A stretch of 64,000 nucleotides of DNA from Gammaproteobacteria bacterium (GCA_050485685.1 JBJHBW010000002.1:86680-150679), one strand, 5' to 3'; positions 17,614 to 29,921 are shown, counted from the stretch's first letter. Notes: generated from the letters alone by a model not told the origin. Program-made: numbers and translations.

Positions 17614-19260
17614 TTACCTGCGCTGCCGCCCCTGACCGACTGCCCGCCGCGGCGCGAACATCAGCAGCAGTCCCGCAACGCCGGCCACCCAACCCAGCCA
17701 CACGGGCTCCGCATCGAGGCCCAGCCACAGCACACCGGCGATCAGCAGCGCGGCGCCGCTGAACAGCCTTTCGGAGCGCCCGCGGCGTCTTTCGGAATGC
17801 CGCTCGGCATCTTCCGCGGCCTCGCGCACGGCGCCTTCATTCTCCGCGCGGCGAATCGCGCGATGCACGATCTTCGGCAGCAGCATCATGTCTTCGCTGA
17901 TCTCGGGCCACGCTTCGATCATGCGCATGATCTGCCGGCGCGGGTCGCGGCGTTCGCGCATCCATTGTTCCAGGATGGGCTGCGCGGTGCGCCACAGGTC
18001 GAGATCCGGATAAAGCTGACGGCCCAGGCCCTCGATCGCGAGCAGCGTTTTCTGCAGCAGCACCAGCTGCGGCTGCACCTCCATGTGAAAAGCCCGCGCG
18101 GTCTCGAACAGTCGCAACAGCACGATGCCGAACGATATGTCCTTCAGCGGCTTGTTGAAGATCGGTTCGCACACGGCGCGGATCGCCGATTCCAGTTCAT
18201 CCACGCGCGTATCCGGCGGCACCCAGCCCGAATCCACGTGCAGCAGCGCCACGCGGCGATAGTCGCGCTTGAAGAACGCGAGGAAGTTCTCGGCAAGATA
18301 GTGCTGGTCGCGCGGGCTGAGACTGCCAACGATGCCGAAGTCCACGGCCAGGTAACGCGGGTTCTCGGGATCGCCGGCATCGACGAAGATGTTGCCCGGA
18401 TGCATGTCGGCGTGAAAGAAGTTGTGCTTGAACACCTGCGTGAAAAAGATATCCACGCCGATCTCGGCGAGCTTTGCGAAGTTCGTGCCGCGTGAGCGCA
18501 GCGCTTCGATGTCGCCCACCGGGATGCCGTGTATGCGCTCCATCACCAGCACGTTGGTGCGGCAGTAATCCCAGTACACCTCGGGCACGTAGAGCTGATC
18601 GGAGCCGGCGAAGTTGCGTTTCAGCTGCGCGGCATTGGCCGCTTCGCGCATCAGGTCCAGTTCGTTGTGCAGCGTCTTCTCGAACTCGGCGACCACATCC
18701 ACCGGATGCAGGCGGCGGCCTTCATGCCAGTAGGTCTCGGCCAGCTCGGCCAGCGCATACAGCACTTCCAGATCGCGCTGAATCATCGCGCGCACATTGG
18801 GCCTGAGCAGTTTCAGGATCACACGCTCGCCGCTGTGCAGTCGGGCGGTGTGCACCTGGGCGATGGATGCCGCGGCCAGCGGCAGCGGCTCGAACTCGTC
18901 GAACACTTCCGTGGCATCGCGATGATAGGCGGCCTTGAGGATCGCCAGCGCCTGCTCGGACGCGAACGGCGGCACCTGGTCCTGCAGTTTCGCCAGTTCG
19001 TCAGCAATGGCCGGCGGCAGCAGATCGCGACGCACCGAGATCGCCTGGCCGAACTTCACGAAGATGGGGCCGAGTTCCTCCAGTGCATGGCGCAGACGTT
19101 CGCCCAGCGGCATGCGCCGCAATCGCTTTCTCGGCAGCAGCACCTGGATGAACGCCAGCGGCCGGAACAGGTGCGTGCGCCAGACGATCTCCTCGAGCCC
19201 GTGACGCACCAGCGTGCGCTGGATTGCGATCATGCGCAGCAGCAGGCGCAGTCGAAGCAT
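17614..19260 (-). CDS. ubiB: Ubiquinone biosynthesis kinase-like protein UbiB
   Basis: LGPIFVKFGQ, AAASIAQVH, FFHADMHPGN, QPQLVLLQKT. Confidence 0.95.
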   Translation of the reverse strand: MLRLRLLLRMIAIQRTLVRHGLEEIVWRTHLFRPLAFIQVLLPRKRLRRMPLGERLRHALEELGPIFVKFGQAISVRRDLLPPAIADELAKLQDQVPPFASEQALAILKAAYHRDATEVFDEFEPLPLAAASIAQVHTARLHSGERVILKLLRPNVRAMIQRDLEVLYALAELAETYWHEGRRLHPVDVVAEFEKTLHNELDLMREAANAAQLKRNFAGSDQLYVPEVYWDYCRTNVLVMERIHGIPVGDIEALRSRGTNFAKLAEIGVDIFFTQVFKHNFFHADMHPGNIFVDAGDPENPRYLAVDFGIVGSLSPRDQHYLAENFLAFFKRDYRRVALLHVDSGWVPPDTRVDELESAIRAVCEPIFNKPLKDISFGIVLLRLFETARAFHMEVQPQLVLLQKTLLAIEGLGRQLYPDLDLWRTAQPILEQWMRERRDPRRQIMRMIEAWPEISEDMMLLPKIVHRAIRRAENEGAVREAAEDAERHSERRRGRSERLFSGAALLIAGVLWLGLDAEPVWLGWVAGVAGLLLMFAPRRAVGQGRQRR

Positions 19261-19889
19261 CAGCGCCGTGTCCCGTTCCGGTCGGTGCGGGAGGCCAGTC
19301 GCTCCATGCGCGCTGCCAGACGCTCAACGTCATCGCGAAGATCCTGCACGTCTTCGGCGAACGCGCGCACTTCCACCGACGTCGGCAGCGTGCCGCTTTC
19401 CTCCTGCAGGTATTCGGCGGTGTTCTGTTCCAGCGCGCGGCCGGTGTCGATCGTCCAGTTCGCGACGCGGCGCGCGGTGGTTGCAAGCCCGTGTGCCGGG
19501 ACATCGCCTATCCAGCGCGACAGTTCCTCTTCCAGATCCGGGCGTGCCAGCCGAATCATCTCCGCGAAACGTTCAGCAACGTCTATGCTGCCGGTGAGTT
19601 CGGCGCCGGATTCGCGAAACTGGCCGGCCAGCGGACGGTCACGATCACGGCGCATCAGCGTGAGCAGTGCGCCGGGTGTGCCGCGCAGCGTGACCGAAGC
19701 ACCCTCCACGCGCTGCTCCACGCGCAACTGCCCGTCGCTGGCGATCAGGCACAGCGAAAGCCCCATGCCCTCGACATGCAAGGCCATGGAGCGCCCGTCC
19801 AGCGCTCGCAGTTCAGCCTGCGCCGCCGTGGATTCGGCAACCTGGCGGTTCAGCCAGCGTTCGCCGGTTTGCAGAAGAAATCGGTTCAT
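19260..19889 (-). CDS. ubiJ: Ubiquinone biosynthesis accessory factor UbiJ (SCP2)
   Basis: PDLEEELSRWIGDVPAH, EYLQEE, LRDDVERL; located between ubiE and ubiB. Confidence 0.85.
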   Translation of the reverse strand: MNRFLLQTGERWLNRQVAESTAAQAELRALDGRSMALHVEGMGLSLCLIASDGQLRVEQRVEGASVTLRGTPGALLTLMRRDRDRPLAGQFRESGAELTGSIDVAERFAEMIRLARPDLEEELSRWIGDVPAHGLATTARRVANWTIDTGRALEQNTAEYLQEESGTLPTSVEVRAFAEDVQDLRDDVERLAARMERLASRTDRNGTRR

Positions 19890-19905
19890 AAAGCGCAGTG
19901 CCCGA

Positions 19906-20709
19906 TCAGATACGAAAGCCCACATGCAGCGCGACGATGCCGCCGCACAGATTGTAGACCTCGCACCGTTCAAACCCCGTCGCTTCCATCATGCCGCGCA
20001 GCGTCTCCTGATCCGGATGCATGCGTATGGATTCGGCGAGATAGCGGTAGCTGTCGGCATCGCCGACCAGCAGCTGACCCAGGCGCGGCAGCACGTGGAA
20101 GGAGTAAAGATCGTAAACGGGCGCGATGGCCGGCACCTGCGGCGTCGAAAATTCCAGCACCAGCAAACGGCCGCCGGGTTTGAGCACGCGATACATGGAA
20201 GCAAGCGCCGCGCTCTTGTCCGTGACGTTGCGCAGCCCGAAGCCTATGGTCACGCAGTGGAAGGCTGCGGACGGAAACGGCAGCTGCTCCGCATCGGCCT
20301 GCACGTAGTGGATGTTGCCGGCAAAGCCGTCGTCGATGAGCCGATCGCGGCCGCGCGCCAGCATCGCCGCGTTCACATCCGATACGACGACGGTGCCGCT
20401 CTGGCCCACGCGGCGCGCAAGCCCGGCGCTGAGATCGCCGCTGCCGGCCGCCACGTCCAGCGCGCGCTGGCCCGGCTTCAGGCCCGTACGGGCCACCGTG
20501 AACGCCTTCCAGTAGCGGTGCAGCCCGAACGACATCACATCGTTCATCAGGTCGTAGCGCTCGGCCACGGAGTCGAACACGCCGCGCACGCGCGCCTTTT
20601 TCTCGCCGCGCGGCACCTGCTGGTAGCCGAAGTCGGCGTACGGGTCGCCCGGTTCCGGCGCCGGCCCCCCTCTCGGCTCCTCTGTCGGTTCCTGTCCTGA
20701 CGAATTCAT
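19906..20709 (-). CDS. ubiE: Ubiquinone/menaquinone C-methyltransferase UbiE
   Basis: [47 protein letters not shown]. Confidence 0.95.
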   Translation of the reverse strand: MNSSGQEPTEEPRGGPAPEPGDPYADFGYQQVPRGEKKARVRGVFDSVAERYDLMNDVMSFGLHRYWKAFTVARTGLKPGQRALDVAAGSGDLSAGLARRVGQSGTVVVSDVNAAMLARGRDRLIDDGFAGNIHYVQADAEQLPFPSAAFHCVTIGFGLRNVTDKSAALASMYRVLKPGGRLLVLEFSTPQVPAIAPVYDLYSFHVLPRLGQLLVGDADSYRYLAESIRMHPDQETLRGMMEATGFERCEVYNLCGGIVALHVGFRI

Positions 20710-21611
20710 GCTGGCTGGCCCTGCCCGGCGTCCACTGACATGGGAACCCCCAAGTATAGGTCAGCGGCCCGCGCACGTGAGCCGAAGTACTGCTTCATCG
20801 CCCGTACCCGCGACAGATAGGCCTGCAGATCGTGGGAACCGCAGCGGCCCTGCGCCTGAAAGCCGGCCTGGGCGAAGCGCGCACCGCCGGTGGCACCACA
20901 CAGATGGATGGCGGCCGCCAGATCCTGCTTCTGCGCCAGCGTCACCGTGCGCTGCGGATGGCGCGCGACGATGCGCTCTACCTGCACGTGCAGGTAGGCC
21001 GACGTCATCTCGATCGCGTGCGACGGAATCACGCGCGTGTACAGACTGTTGAACCAGCAGGATCGCCACGCGTACCACGGCCCCTGCTCCACGACTTCGT
21101 TGCGATGGATGCAGTAGCGCCGTGCCTCGGCAAACGTGCCGTTGGTGATCTGATACATCCCCACGGAGCTGGAAGCCGGGCGATAGATCCGGAAGGGCTG
21201 AATGGTCCAGGACCAGCGCCAGTAGGTGCGCGCCACCGGGTTGCCCATGGATTCCACCTGTGCGAGCGCGGCGAGCAGCTCCGGTGAGATCACGTCCGTC
21301 GCGTGGCGGCGGAACAGCGGCTCGTAGGTGGACCAGGTCTGCGACGGCAGCTTGTTCAGCCGTCCGCTCACCGGGAAGAACAGTTCCGACGGCTTGCGTA
21401 TGACCTGGTAGGTCCAGTTCAGGCTCAGCCACAATGTCAGCAGCAGCGCGGTGCCGACCGTGAGCTGCACGAACAGCGGCGTACGGCGCAGGGCTCTGAA
21501 GAAGCGCCCGACGCCGCGCGATGCGGCGACCACATGACGCACGACGGGCAGCCGCGACCGGCGGGCGCGGTGAGCAGGCCTTGAACGGCGGCGTTTGGCT
21601 CGGCGCGGCAT
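20706..21611 (-). CDS. Membrane-anchored lytic transglycosylase (SLT-like) domain protein
   Basis: [13 protein letters not shown] and SSVGMYQIT motifs after one TM helix; start uncertain. Confidence 0.65.
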   Translation of the reverse strand: MPRRAKRRRSRPAHRARRSRLPVVRHVVAASRGVGRFFRALRRTPLFVQLTVGTALLLTLWLSLNWTYQVIRKPSELFFPVSGRLNKLPSQTWSTYEPLFRRHATDVISPELLAALAQVESMGNPVARTYWRWSWTIQPFRIYRPASSSVGMYQITNGTFAEARRYCIHRNEVVEQGPWYAWRSCWFNSLYTRVIPSHAIEMTSAYLHVQVERIVARHPQRTVTLAQKQDLAAAIHLCGATGGARFAQAGFQAQGRCGSHDLQAYLSRVRAMKQYFGSRARAADLYLGVPMSVDAGQGQPA

Positions 21612-21765
21612 GGGGCGCACTGTAGCAGAAGCCCTGTGCCCGGCTGCGGCAGGTGCGCACGGGCGACCGTGGCCGCGCGTTCGACCTGCGCTTCGCGGTA
21701 AACTGGGCATCCCGCCACGGCCCGGTCCCCACGGACCGCCACTACAACCAGCAACGGTCCAACAC

Positions 21766-22083
21766 GTGTATTTCAGCTATTCCGCGCTAGTGCTGCTCGT
21801 CGTGGGCATCGTCGCTTTCGGCATCTGGCATGACAGCATGCAGGTGCGCGAGGTCGCGAACCAGATTGCGCACGATGCGTGCAAGCGTCAGTCACTGCAG
21901 TTTCTGGACGGCACCGTCGCGCTGGCAGCCACGAAGGTTCGGCTGCGCGGCGGCCTGTGCATAGAGCGCACGTATGTGTTCGATTACACCGTGGACGGCA
22001 CCGGGCGACTGCGCGGCTTCCTGATCATGCGCGGCCACGTGCTGGAGCATCTGGGTCTGGATGCACGCCACTCAGCCGGCTGA
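21766..22083 (+). CDS. DUF3301-like small membrane protein
   Basis: W.DSMQVRE.A...C....LQFLDGTVAL..R.Y.FDY...G..R..G. Confidence 0.7.
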   Translation: MYFSYSALVLLVVGIVAFGIWHDSMQVREVANQIAHDACKRQSLQFLDGTVALAATKVRLRGGLCIERTYVFDYTVDGTGRLRGFLIMRGHVLEHLGLDARHSAG

Positions 22084-22618
22084 GGACTGAGACCGTATCG
22101 TTGACCTCGATGCGCCCGCTTCGCACGACCTTCGCATTGATGCCGCGCAGGTTCAGCGCCCGGCCCTGCCCGGAGTTCACGAACTGCAGCGCGTCCGGGC
22201 CGAAACGGTCGCGAAACTTGCGGCACCCGGTGTGCGGCATGGCCGTCACCTCCAGCACCGCCTCGCCGATCGCCAGCCGCGTGCCCGGCGGCAGGTTGGC
22301 ATCGCTGAGATCCAGGTCCACATAGAGCTGGTCACCCGCCAGCGGCCAGCGTTCACGCTCACCGGCCACCAGCGCCGCGACGCGCGCGTTCATGATATTG
22401 ATCTGCATGTCCGGGTGTGCCGAACGGTCGGGCGTTATCGACGAACCGCGGACTTTCCAGTTGTCGCCGATCAGGCCCTCATTCACGTCGAGCTCGGCGG
22501 ATGGCGTGACTTCGCGTGCGTCGACGTCGGGCCGGCGCACGATCAGCTTCAGGACGCCGGCATCGCGCGGTGAATCGAGCACATCGACCAGCCCGGCTTC
22601 CAGCTGCTGAATGTTCAC
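22025..22618 (-). CDS. MOSC-domain protein
   Basis: GLIGDNW, LAGDQLYVDLDLS, PHTGCRKF, LRGINAKV. Confidence 0.8.
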   Translation of the reverse strand: MNIQQLEAGLVDVLDSPRDAGVLKLIVRRPDVDAREVTPSAELDVNEGLIGDNWKVRGSSITPDRSAHPDMQINIMNARVAALVAGERERWPLAGDQLYVDLDLSDANLPPGTRLAIGEAVLEVTAMPHTGCRKFRDRFGPDALQFVNSGQGRALNLRGINAKVVRSGRIEVNDTVSVLSRLSGVHPDPDAPARGRA

Positions 22619-22651
22619 TGCATGCCCCTCTGAGAAACAACGATTCGGATG

Positions 22652-23026
22652 CTACTTCGAAACCTCTCCGGACGCCGCCGCGACGCGTTCCTGATAGCGC
22701 TGCCACTTGCGCTCGTGATCCAGCGCAAGCTCATACAGCAGCGTCCAGGTGTAGAGTCCGGTGTCATGACCGTCGTCGAACACCAGCCGCACCGCATAGC
22801 GGCCCACCGGTTCCACGCGGTCGATCAGCACCTGTTCCTTGCCAGTCACGAGTATGCCCTCGCCGGCGCCATGCCCCTTCACTTCCGCGGACGGTGAATG
22901 CACACGCAGAAACTCGGCAGACAGATTGCGGTGCAGGCCGTCTGAAAAGGTGACCTCGAGCACACCGGAGCGCCGGTGCAGCTTGATGTCCACCGGATAC
23001 GGTGTGGTACGTGTGTTTGAGGTCAT
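22652..23026 (-). CDS. DUF971 / GBBH-N-like protein
   Basis: EFLRVHSPSAEVKGHG, VGRYAV..FDDGHDTGLYTW; usual hslU neighbour. Confidence 0.9.
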   Translation of the reverse strand: MTSNTRTTPYPVDIKLHRRSGVLEVTFSDGLHRNLSAEFLRVHSPSAEVKGHGAGEGILVTGKEQVLIDRVEPVGRYAVRLVFDDGHDTGLYTWTLLYELALDHERKWQRYQERVAAASGEVSK

Positions 23027-23040
23027 GTCGTAACGCCGTC

Positions 23041-24348
<1,308 letters not shown>

Positions 24349-24379
24349 GTCATTCAAACTCTTTTCCGATGCTTCGCGT

Positions 24380-24904
24380 TCACAGCTCTTCGATGGTGAT
24401 GGAGCGGTTCGTGTAGATGCAGATGTCGCCGGCGATATCCAGCGCCTTCTCGACGATGGCGCGTGCCGGCAGGTCGGTGTTCTGAAGCAGCGCCTGCGCC
24501 GCGGCCTGGGCATACGCGCCTCCGGAGCCGATCGCGATCAGATCATGCTCGGGCTCGATCACGTCGCCGTTGCCGGAGATCAGCAGCGAGTTCTCTTCAT
24601 CGGCCACGCACAGCAGCGCTTCCAGACGCCTGAGCATGCGGTCGGTGCGCCAGTCCTTGGCGAGTTCTATCGCCGCGCGCGTGAGATTGTTGTGCTTCTC
24701 GAGCTTGCGCTCGAAATACTCGAACAGCGTGAACGCATCGGCCGTGCCGCCGGCGAATCCGGCCAGCACCTTGCCCGACGACAGCCGCCGCACCTTGCGG
24801 GCGTTGCCCTTCATGACCTTGTCGCCCAGCGTGACCTGACCGTCGCCGCCCATCGCGACTCGGCCGTCGCGGCGCACGCACAGTATCGTCGTTCCGTGAA
24901 ACAT
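24380..24904 (-). CDS. hslV: ATP-dependent protease peptidase subunit HslV
   Basis: [33 protein letters not shown]. Confidence 0.97.
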   Translation of the reverse strand: MFHGTTILCVRRDGRVAMGGDGQVTLGDKVMKGNARKVRRLSSGKVLAGFAGGTADAFTLFEYFERKLEKHNNLTRAAIELAKDWRTDRMLRRLEALLCVADEENSLLISGNGDVIEPEHDLIAIGSGGAYAQAAAQALLQNTDLPARAIVEKALDIAGDICIYTNRSITIEEL

Positions 24905-25018
24905 GTTCTGTCCTTGTCGGTGTCCTGTGCCGGCGGTGGAGAGGAACGACGCGGAACCCTCAGGCCCCTTCGGGGTTCGGTTCACGTGCAGCCTGACTCG
25001 CGCCGGAAGCGGAACGGG

Positions 25019-25918
25019 TTAGCGGTCCCGGCGGCGCGCGCGCGGGTGTGCCTTGTCGTATATGCTGGCCAGATGCTGGAAATCAAGGTGTGTATAGACC
25101 TGCGTGGTCGAGATACTCGCATGCCCCAGCAGTTCCTGCACCGCACGCAGGTCGCCGCTGGATTCCAGCATATGGCTGGCGAAACAGTGCCGGAGCATGT
25201 GCGGATGCACGCGCAGCGGCGCGCCGGCACGCCGTGACCACTGCTCAAGCCGCAGCTGAACCGATCGCGGCGTGAGCCGCCGGCCGCGGCGCCCGACCAG
25301 CAATGCACGTTCGTCACTCGCAGCCAGCACACCGCGGCGCGCAAGCCAGGCTTCCAGCGCTTCGCGCGCCTTGCGGCCCACCGGCACCACGCGCGTTCTC
25401 TGGCCCTTGCCGAGCACACGCACGGTGGCATCGGGCAGATCCAGATCTTCGAGATTGAGGTTCACGAGTTCTGCCAGGCGCAGGCCCGATGAATACAGCA
25501 GTTCAACAATGGCGCGATCACGCACGGTGAGAATATCGTCGCCATCCGGACGCATCAGACTTGCGACCTGATCGGTGTCCAGCGTCGCCGGCAGCCGGCG
25601 CGGCGCCTTAGGCGCCTGCACGTGGACGGCCGCATTGGAAGACACTTCGCCCTGCTCCTGCAGATAGCTCAGGAAGCCGCGCACTGCCGACAATCGGCGC
25701 GCGATGCTGCGGGCGCCAAGTCCGCGGCGATGGCATTCGGCCGCGAAGCGACGTACCGTGTAGCTGTCCACATCCGTCGCCTGCGCGAGGCCTTCGCGCT
25801 CGCAGAATTCGAACAGCGCCGTCAGATCACGCCGGTAGGCACTGACGGTGTGCGTGGACAGTCTGCGTTCGGTGGCCAGCCGGCGCAGGAAAGGCTCGAG
25901 GTGTTCAGGCAGCTGCAT
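25019..25918 (-). CDS. xerC: Tyrosine recombinase XerC
   Basis: RDRAIVELLYSSGLR, HPHMLRHCFASH, LLGHASISTTQVYTH; dapF-DUF484-xerC synteny. Confidence 0.93.
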   Translation of the reverse strand: MQLPEHLEPFLRRLATERRLSTHTVSAYRRDLTALFEFCEREGLAQATDVDSYTVRRFAAECHRRGLGARSIARRLSAVRGFLSYLQEQGEVSSNAAVHVQAPKAPRRLPATLDTDQVASLMRPDGDDILTVRDRAIVELLYSSGLRLAELVNLNLEDLDLPDATVRVLGKGQRTRVVPVGRKAREALEAWLARRGVLAASDERALLVGRRGRRLTPRSVQLRLEQWSRRAGAPLRVHPHMLRHCFASHMLESSGDLRAVQELLGHASISTTQVYTHLDFQHLASIYDKAHPRARRRDR

Positions 25919-26627
25919 CGCCGACGCGCGCACCGGTCAGCGCCGCGGTGATCAGCTCGCCCAGGCGGGTCAGAAAATCCAGACGCTGTCCGGGGTGGAA
26001 GTGATCGACGTCGTGACTGCCGATGGCCAGAAAGCCGAGCTCGGCGCGCTCGCCAAGCGGAATCATCGCCGCCGACTGGATTGAATCGGCTTCATGCTCG
26101 AACAGCACTTCGCGCTGGCGTTCACGGATCAGCCCGCAACGCGGCCTGGCGGCACGCAGGAAGCTCGCGAACGGCTTGGCCGCTTCAGCATCGCGATCGA
26201 TGATGCGCACGAAGCTGCGCGCGGGTGCGTCTACTCCCTGATCGGAAAACAGCAGCAGCACCGCGCGTTCGGCGGCGAAATCCTCGCGCAGGCTGGTCTC
26301 CATGACGTCAATGCGTTCAGCCAGCGAGCTCGTGGTCATCAGGCGTATGGCCAGGCGATGACTCTTCTCGACCAGCTGATCGTTCATTTTCGCGACCGCG
26401 ATCAGATCCTTGAGCTGACGTTCCAGCTGCGAGGCGCGCTGCCGGAGCACGCTGACCTGTCGCTCCACCAGCGACACGGTCGCGCCTGTGGTGCGGTGCG
26501 GCAGTTTCAGCGCCAGCAGCAGCGTCGGGTGGCGCTCGAAAAAATCCGGGTGACTGCGCAGATAGCTCGCGAGCTGTTCCTCGCTGATCTCTTCGGTGAC
26601 GATCGCTTCGCTTTTCGGTTGGCTCAT
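25905..26627 (-). CDS. DUF484 (YigA-like) protein
   Basis: YLRSHPDFFERH, VSLVERQV..LR, GFLAIGS..HF. Confidence 0.9.
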   Translation of the reverse strand: MSQPKSEAIVTEEISEEQLASYLRSHPDFFERHPTLLLALKLPHRTTGATVSLVERQVSVLRQRASQLERQLKDLIAVAKMNDQLVEKSHRLAIRLMTTSSLAERIDVMETSLREDFAAERAVLLLFSDQGVDAPARSFVRIIDRDAEAAKPFASFLRAARPRCGLIRERQREVLFEHEADSIQSAAMIPLGERAELGFLAIGSHDVDHFHPGQRLDFLTRLGELITAALTGARVGDAAA

Positions 26628-27550
26628 AGCTCGATCTGTCCCTCGTATACCGTCTCGGCCGGTCCGGTCTGCCACAGTTCGGCGCCCGGACCCGGCCATC
26701 TGACCGTCAGAACGCCGCCTGGCAGTTCCACATCGACCTGTTCATCCAGTTCGCCGCGCAGGCGTCCGATCGCTACCGCGGCGGCGGCGCCCGTGCCGCA
26801 GGCCGGCGTCTCACCGACACCGCGCTCGAAAACCCGCAGTCGGATGCGGTCACGACTGCAGATCTGCATGAAGCCGACATTCACGCTGCGCGGAAAATCG
26901 GCGTGTGCAGCTAGCGCCGGCCCCAGTATACCGACCGGCGCCGCATCTACCGAATCGACAACGATGACCGCATGCGGATTGCCCATGGATACGGCACCGA
27001 ACTCCACCTCCGCAGCCGTCGGGTGCGCTGCGGGATCCGGCGGTGCGCCTGCGTCGCTTTCGCCGCGCCAGGCCGATGACTCGTTGCCTTTCGCCGAGCG
27101 TCCGCCGCTGTTGGCGAGCGCGACCGTGCGCCGATAGCTTTGCGCCGCCCGCTCAGCGCTGAAAGGCAACGCCGTCGGCGCGAAATCCGGTTCGCCTAGA
27201 CTCACGCTGACGCGGCCTTCATGATCCACGCGCGCACTGACCGGTCCGCCGCCGCTTTGCAGGCGCAGCTCGGGTGCCCCACGCCGGTCCGCGACGAACC
27301 GCGCAATGCAGCGCGCACCGTTGCCGCACTGTTCGACTTCCCCGCCATCGGCGTTGAAGACGCGGTATACGGCGTCAGCGCCGACCGGCGCGGCGGACTC
27401 CAGCAGCAGCAGCTGATCGAATCCTATGCCGCGGCGACGGTCGGCCAGGCGGCGGATCTGGTCCGGCGTGGGCCCGGGCGCATCGGCCGGCCACTGGAGC
27501 ACGACGAAGTCGTTGCCCAGACCCTGCATCTTGGTGAAATTCAATCGCAT
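26624..27550 (-). CDS. dapF: Diaminopimelate epimerase
   Basis: FTKMQGLGNDF, EQCGNGARC, SMGNPH, ERGVGETPACGTGA. Confidence 0.95.
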   Translation of the reverse strand: MRLNFTKMQGLGNDFVVLQWPADAPGPTPDQIRRLADRRRGIGFDQLLLLESAAPVGADAVYRVFNADGGEVEQCGNGARCIARFVADRRGAPELRLQSGGGPVSARVDHEGRVSVSLGEPDFAPTALPFSAERAAQSYRRTVALANSGGRSAKGNESSAWRGESDAGAPPDPAAHPTAAEVEFGAVSMGNPHAVIVVDSVDAAPVGILGPALAAHADFPRSVNVGFMQICSRDRIRLRVFERGVGETPACGTGAAAAVAIGRLRGELDEQVDVELPGGVLTVRWPGPGAELWQTGPAETVYEGQIEL

Positions 27551-27665
27551 CGAATCGATCGCCCGGACTGGCATTGCGGCCGCGCCCGCGTTAGCGTGCC
27601 CGCAACCTGTGGAATGGTGACTGACGGAATTATAAATGGAATCACTGTGGCTGAAGTCCCAGCGA

Positions 27666-29144
27666 GTGTACTCGGATCTGCGCGAGTTTCTCGCCCACCT
27701 GGAACAGCAGGGCGACCTGCTGCGGATCGACACCCCCGTCAGCCCGAAGCTTGAGCTGACGGAACTGTCGCGGCGCGCACTGGCCGAGGACGGGCCGGCA
27801 CTGTGGCTGAGCAACGTCGGCGGCACCGGAGTGCCGGTGCTCAGCAATCTGTTCGGCAGCGCGCGGCGCGTGGCCGCGGCGCTGGGCGCCGATGACACGT
27901 CGGTGTTCGCCGAGCTCGGCCAGCTGCTGGCCTCGCTGAAGGCGCCGGAGCCGCCGCGCGGCGTCGCCGAAGCCTGGCGCAAGCTGCCGCTGCTGAAGGA
28001 GATCCTGAAAATGGCGCCGCGCACGCTGCGCTCGGCGCCGGTGCAGGAAGTGATCCTGGAAGGCAGCGACGTGGATCTGTCGAAATGGCCGATCCAGACC
28101 TGCTGGCCGGAGGATGCCGGCCCGCTGATCACCTGGGGCATGACCACGACGCGCGGGCCGGAGCAGCCGCGGCAGAATCTCGGCGTCTACCGCCAGCAGG
28201 TCATCGACCGCAACAAGGTGATCATGCGCTGGCTGGCCCATCGCGGCGGCGCGACCGACTACCGCGCCTGGTGCCAGCGTCATCCCGGCGAGCGTTTCCC
28301 GCTGGCCGTGAGCCTGGGCGCCGATCCCGGCACGATACTGGCGGCCGTCACGCCGGTGCCGGATACGCTGTCCGAGTATTCATTCGCCGGCCTGCTGCGC
28401 GGCAAGCGCACGGAGCTGGTGAAGGCGCGCGGCTCCGACCTGCTGGTGCCGGCGAACGCCGAGATCACGCTGGAGGGCTACATAGAACCGGGCGAAACCG
28501 CGCCGGAAGGACCTTTCGGCGACCACACCGGCTATTACAACGAGGTGGAGACGTTTCCGGTCATGACCGTGGAGCGCATCACGCACCGCCGCGATCCGGT
28601 CTATCACACCACGTACACGGGCCGCCCGCCGGATGAGCCGGCGGTGCTGGGCCTGGCGCTGAACGACGTGTTCGTGCCCATCCTGCGCACGCAGTTCCCG
28701 GAAATCGTCGACTTCTACCTGCCCAGCGAGGCGTGTTCCTACCGCGTCGCCGTGATCAGCATACGCAAGCAGTATCCCGGGCACGCCAAGCGCATCATGT
28801 TCGGCATCTGGTCGTTCCTGCGCCAGTTCATGTACACGAAGTGGGTCATCGTCGTCGACGATGACATCGATGCGCGCTCATGGCAGGACGTGATCTGGGC
28901 GATCTCCACGCGCACCGACCCCGCGCGTGACTGCGTGATGGTGGAATCCACGCCCATCGATTACCTGGACTTCGCATCGCCGGTGGCAGGCCTGGGCTCG
29001 AAGCTGGGCATGGATGCGACGTCCAAGTGGCCCGGTGAAACCACGCGCGAATGGGGCCGCCCGATCAGCATGACGGCGGACGTGGAACAGCGCATGGGCG
29101 CGCTCTGGAACGAACTGGTCGCGACGCGCCGGAACGATGCATGA
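27666..29144 (+). CDS. ubiD: 4-hydroxy-3-polyprenylbenzoate decarboxylase UbiD
   Basis: [36 protein letters not shown]; start could be 27636. Confidence 0.95.
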   Translation: MYSDLREFLAHLEQQGDLLRIDTPVSPKLELTELSRRALAEDGPALWLSNVGGTGVPVLSNLFGSARRVAAALGADDTSVFAELGQLLASLKAPEPPRGVAEAWRKLPLLKEILKMAPRTLRSAPVQEVILEGSDVDLSKWPIQTCWPEDAGPLITWGMTTTRGPEQPRQNLGVYRQQVIDRNKVIMRWLAHRGGATDYRAWCQRHPGERFPLAVSLGADPGTILAAVTPVPDTLSEYSFAGLLRGKRTELVKARGSDLLVPANAEITLEGYIEPGETAPEGPFGDHTGYYNEVETFPVMTVERITHRRDPVYHTTYTGRPPDEPAVLGLALNDVFVPILRTQFPEIVDFYLPSEACSYRVAVISIRKQYPGHAKRIMFGIWSFLRQFMYTKWVIVVDDDIDARSWQDVIWAISTRTDPARDCVMVESTPIDYLDFASPVAGLGSKLGMDATSKWPGETTREWGRPISMTADVEQRMGALWNELVATRRNDA

Positions 29145-29273
29145 GCTGCCGTAAGCTGTCAGTTGCCAGCCATTGGACATTTGTCATAAGGCTGGCTACC
29201 TTAGCGCCAGAGCCTGACGCGAGACATAGCGTCTGAACAATAACAAACGCGAACCAACGCTCCGGGAGTGGCT

Positions 29274-29915
29274 ATGCGACACATTCTCGTCACCAACGCA
29301 AAGGGCGGCTGCGGCAAGAGCACGCTGGCCACGAATCTGGCAGCCTACCTGGCATCCGAGGGCTTCGAGACCGCGCTCGCGGATTTCGACCCGCAGGGAT
29401 CATCCATGGACTGGCTGGCACAACGACCTGACGACTACGCGAAGATCACCGGCGTCGCCGGTTTCGACGATGGACTACGCCATGTGCCGCGGTCGGCGGA
29501 GTTTCTCGTCATAGACGCACCGGCCCGCTCGCACGGCAAGGAACTGAACGAACTGGTGAAGCGTGCCGAAACCATCCTCGTGCCGGTGCTGCCATCCCCG
29601 ATCGACATGAACGCAGCCAACCGCTTCGTCGACGAGCTGCTGCATATCCAGAAGGTGGCGGACAAGAAGGCCAAGGTGGCCGTGGTCGCCAATCGCGTGA
29701 AGGAAAATACGCTGATCTTCGATGAGCTGGATGAGTATCTGTCCAAGCTCAAGGTGCCGTATATCGCCACGCTGCGCGAGGCGCAGAACTACATACGCGC
29801 ATACCAGCGCGGCCTTGGCATACACGAGCTGCCGCCGTATCTGGCCTGGCCCGACTGGGAGCAGTGGGATCCGATCCTGGAGTGGCTGGACTCCAAGCGC
29901 TCGATGCCGAGCTGA
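29274..29915 (+). CDS. Small ParA/MinD-family ATPase
   Basis: NAKGGCGKST, DFDPQGS, VIDAP, PVLPSPID. Confidence 0.85.
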   Translation: MRHILVTNAKGGCGKSTLATNLAAYLASEGFETALADFDPQGSSMDWLAQRPDDYAKITGVAGFDDGLRHVPRSAEFLVIDAPARSHGKELNELVKRAETILVPVLPSPIDMNAANRFVDELLHIQKVADKKAKVAVVANRVKENTLIFDELDEYLSKLKVPYIATLREAQNYIRAYQRGLGIHELPPYLAWPDWEQWDPILEWLDSKRSMPS

Positions 29916-29921
29916 GCAGCG

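Noticed and set aside
18529-20700. Long antisense ORFs (e.g. 18529..20700, 16675..18495, 39012..41036, 1536..2522)
   Set aside because: Shadow frames of well-supported genes in high-GC DNA, with no motifs
24950-24985. Hairpin upstream of hslV as an RNA thermometer
   Set aside because: Does not cover the SD and matches no ROSE or fourU motif I can recognise
25019-25918. Tyrosine recombinase as a mobile-element integrase
   Set aside because: Sits in the housekeeping dapF-DUF484-xerC-hslVU context
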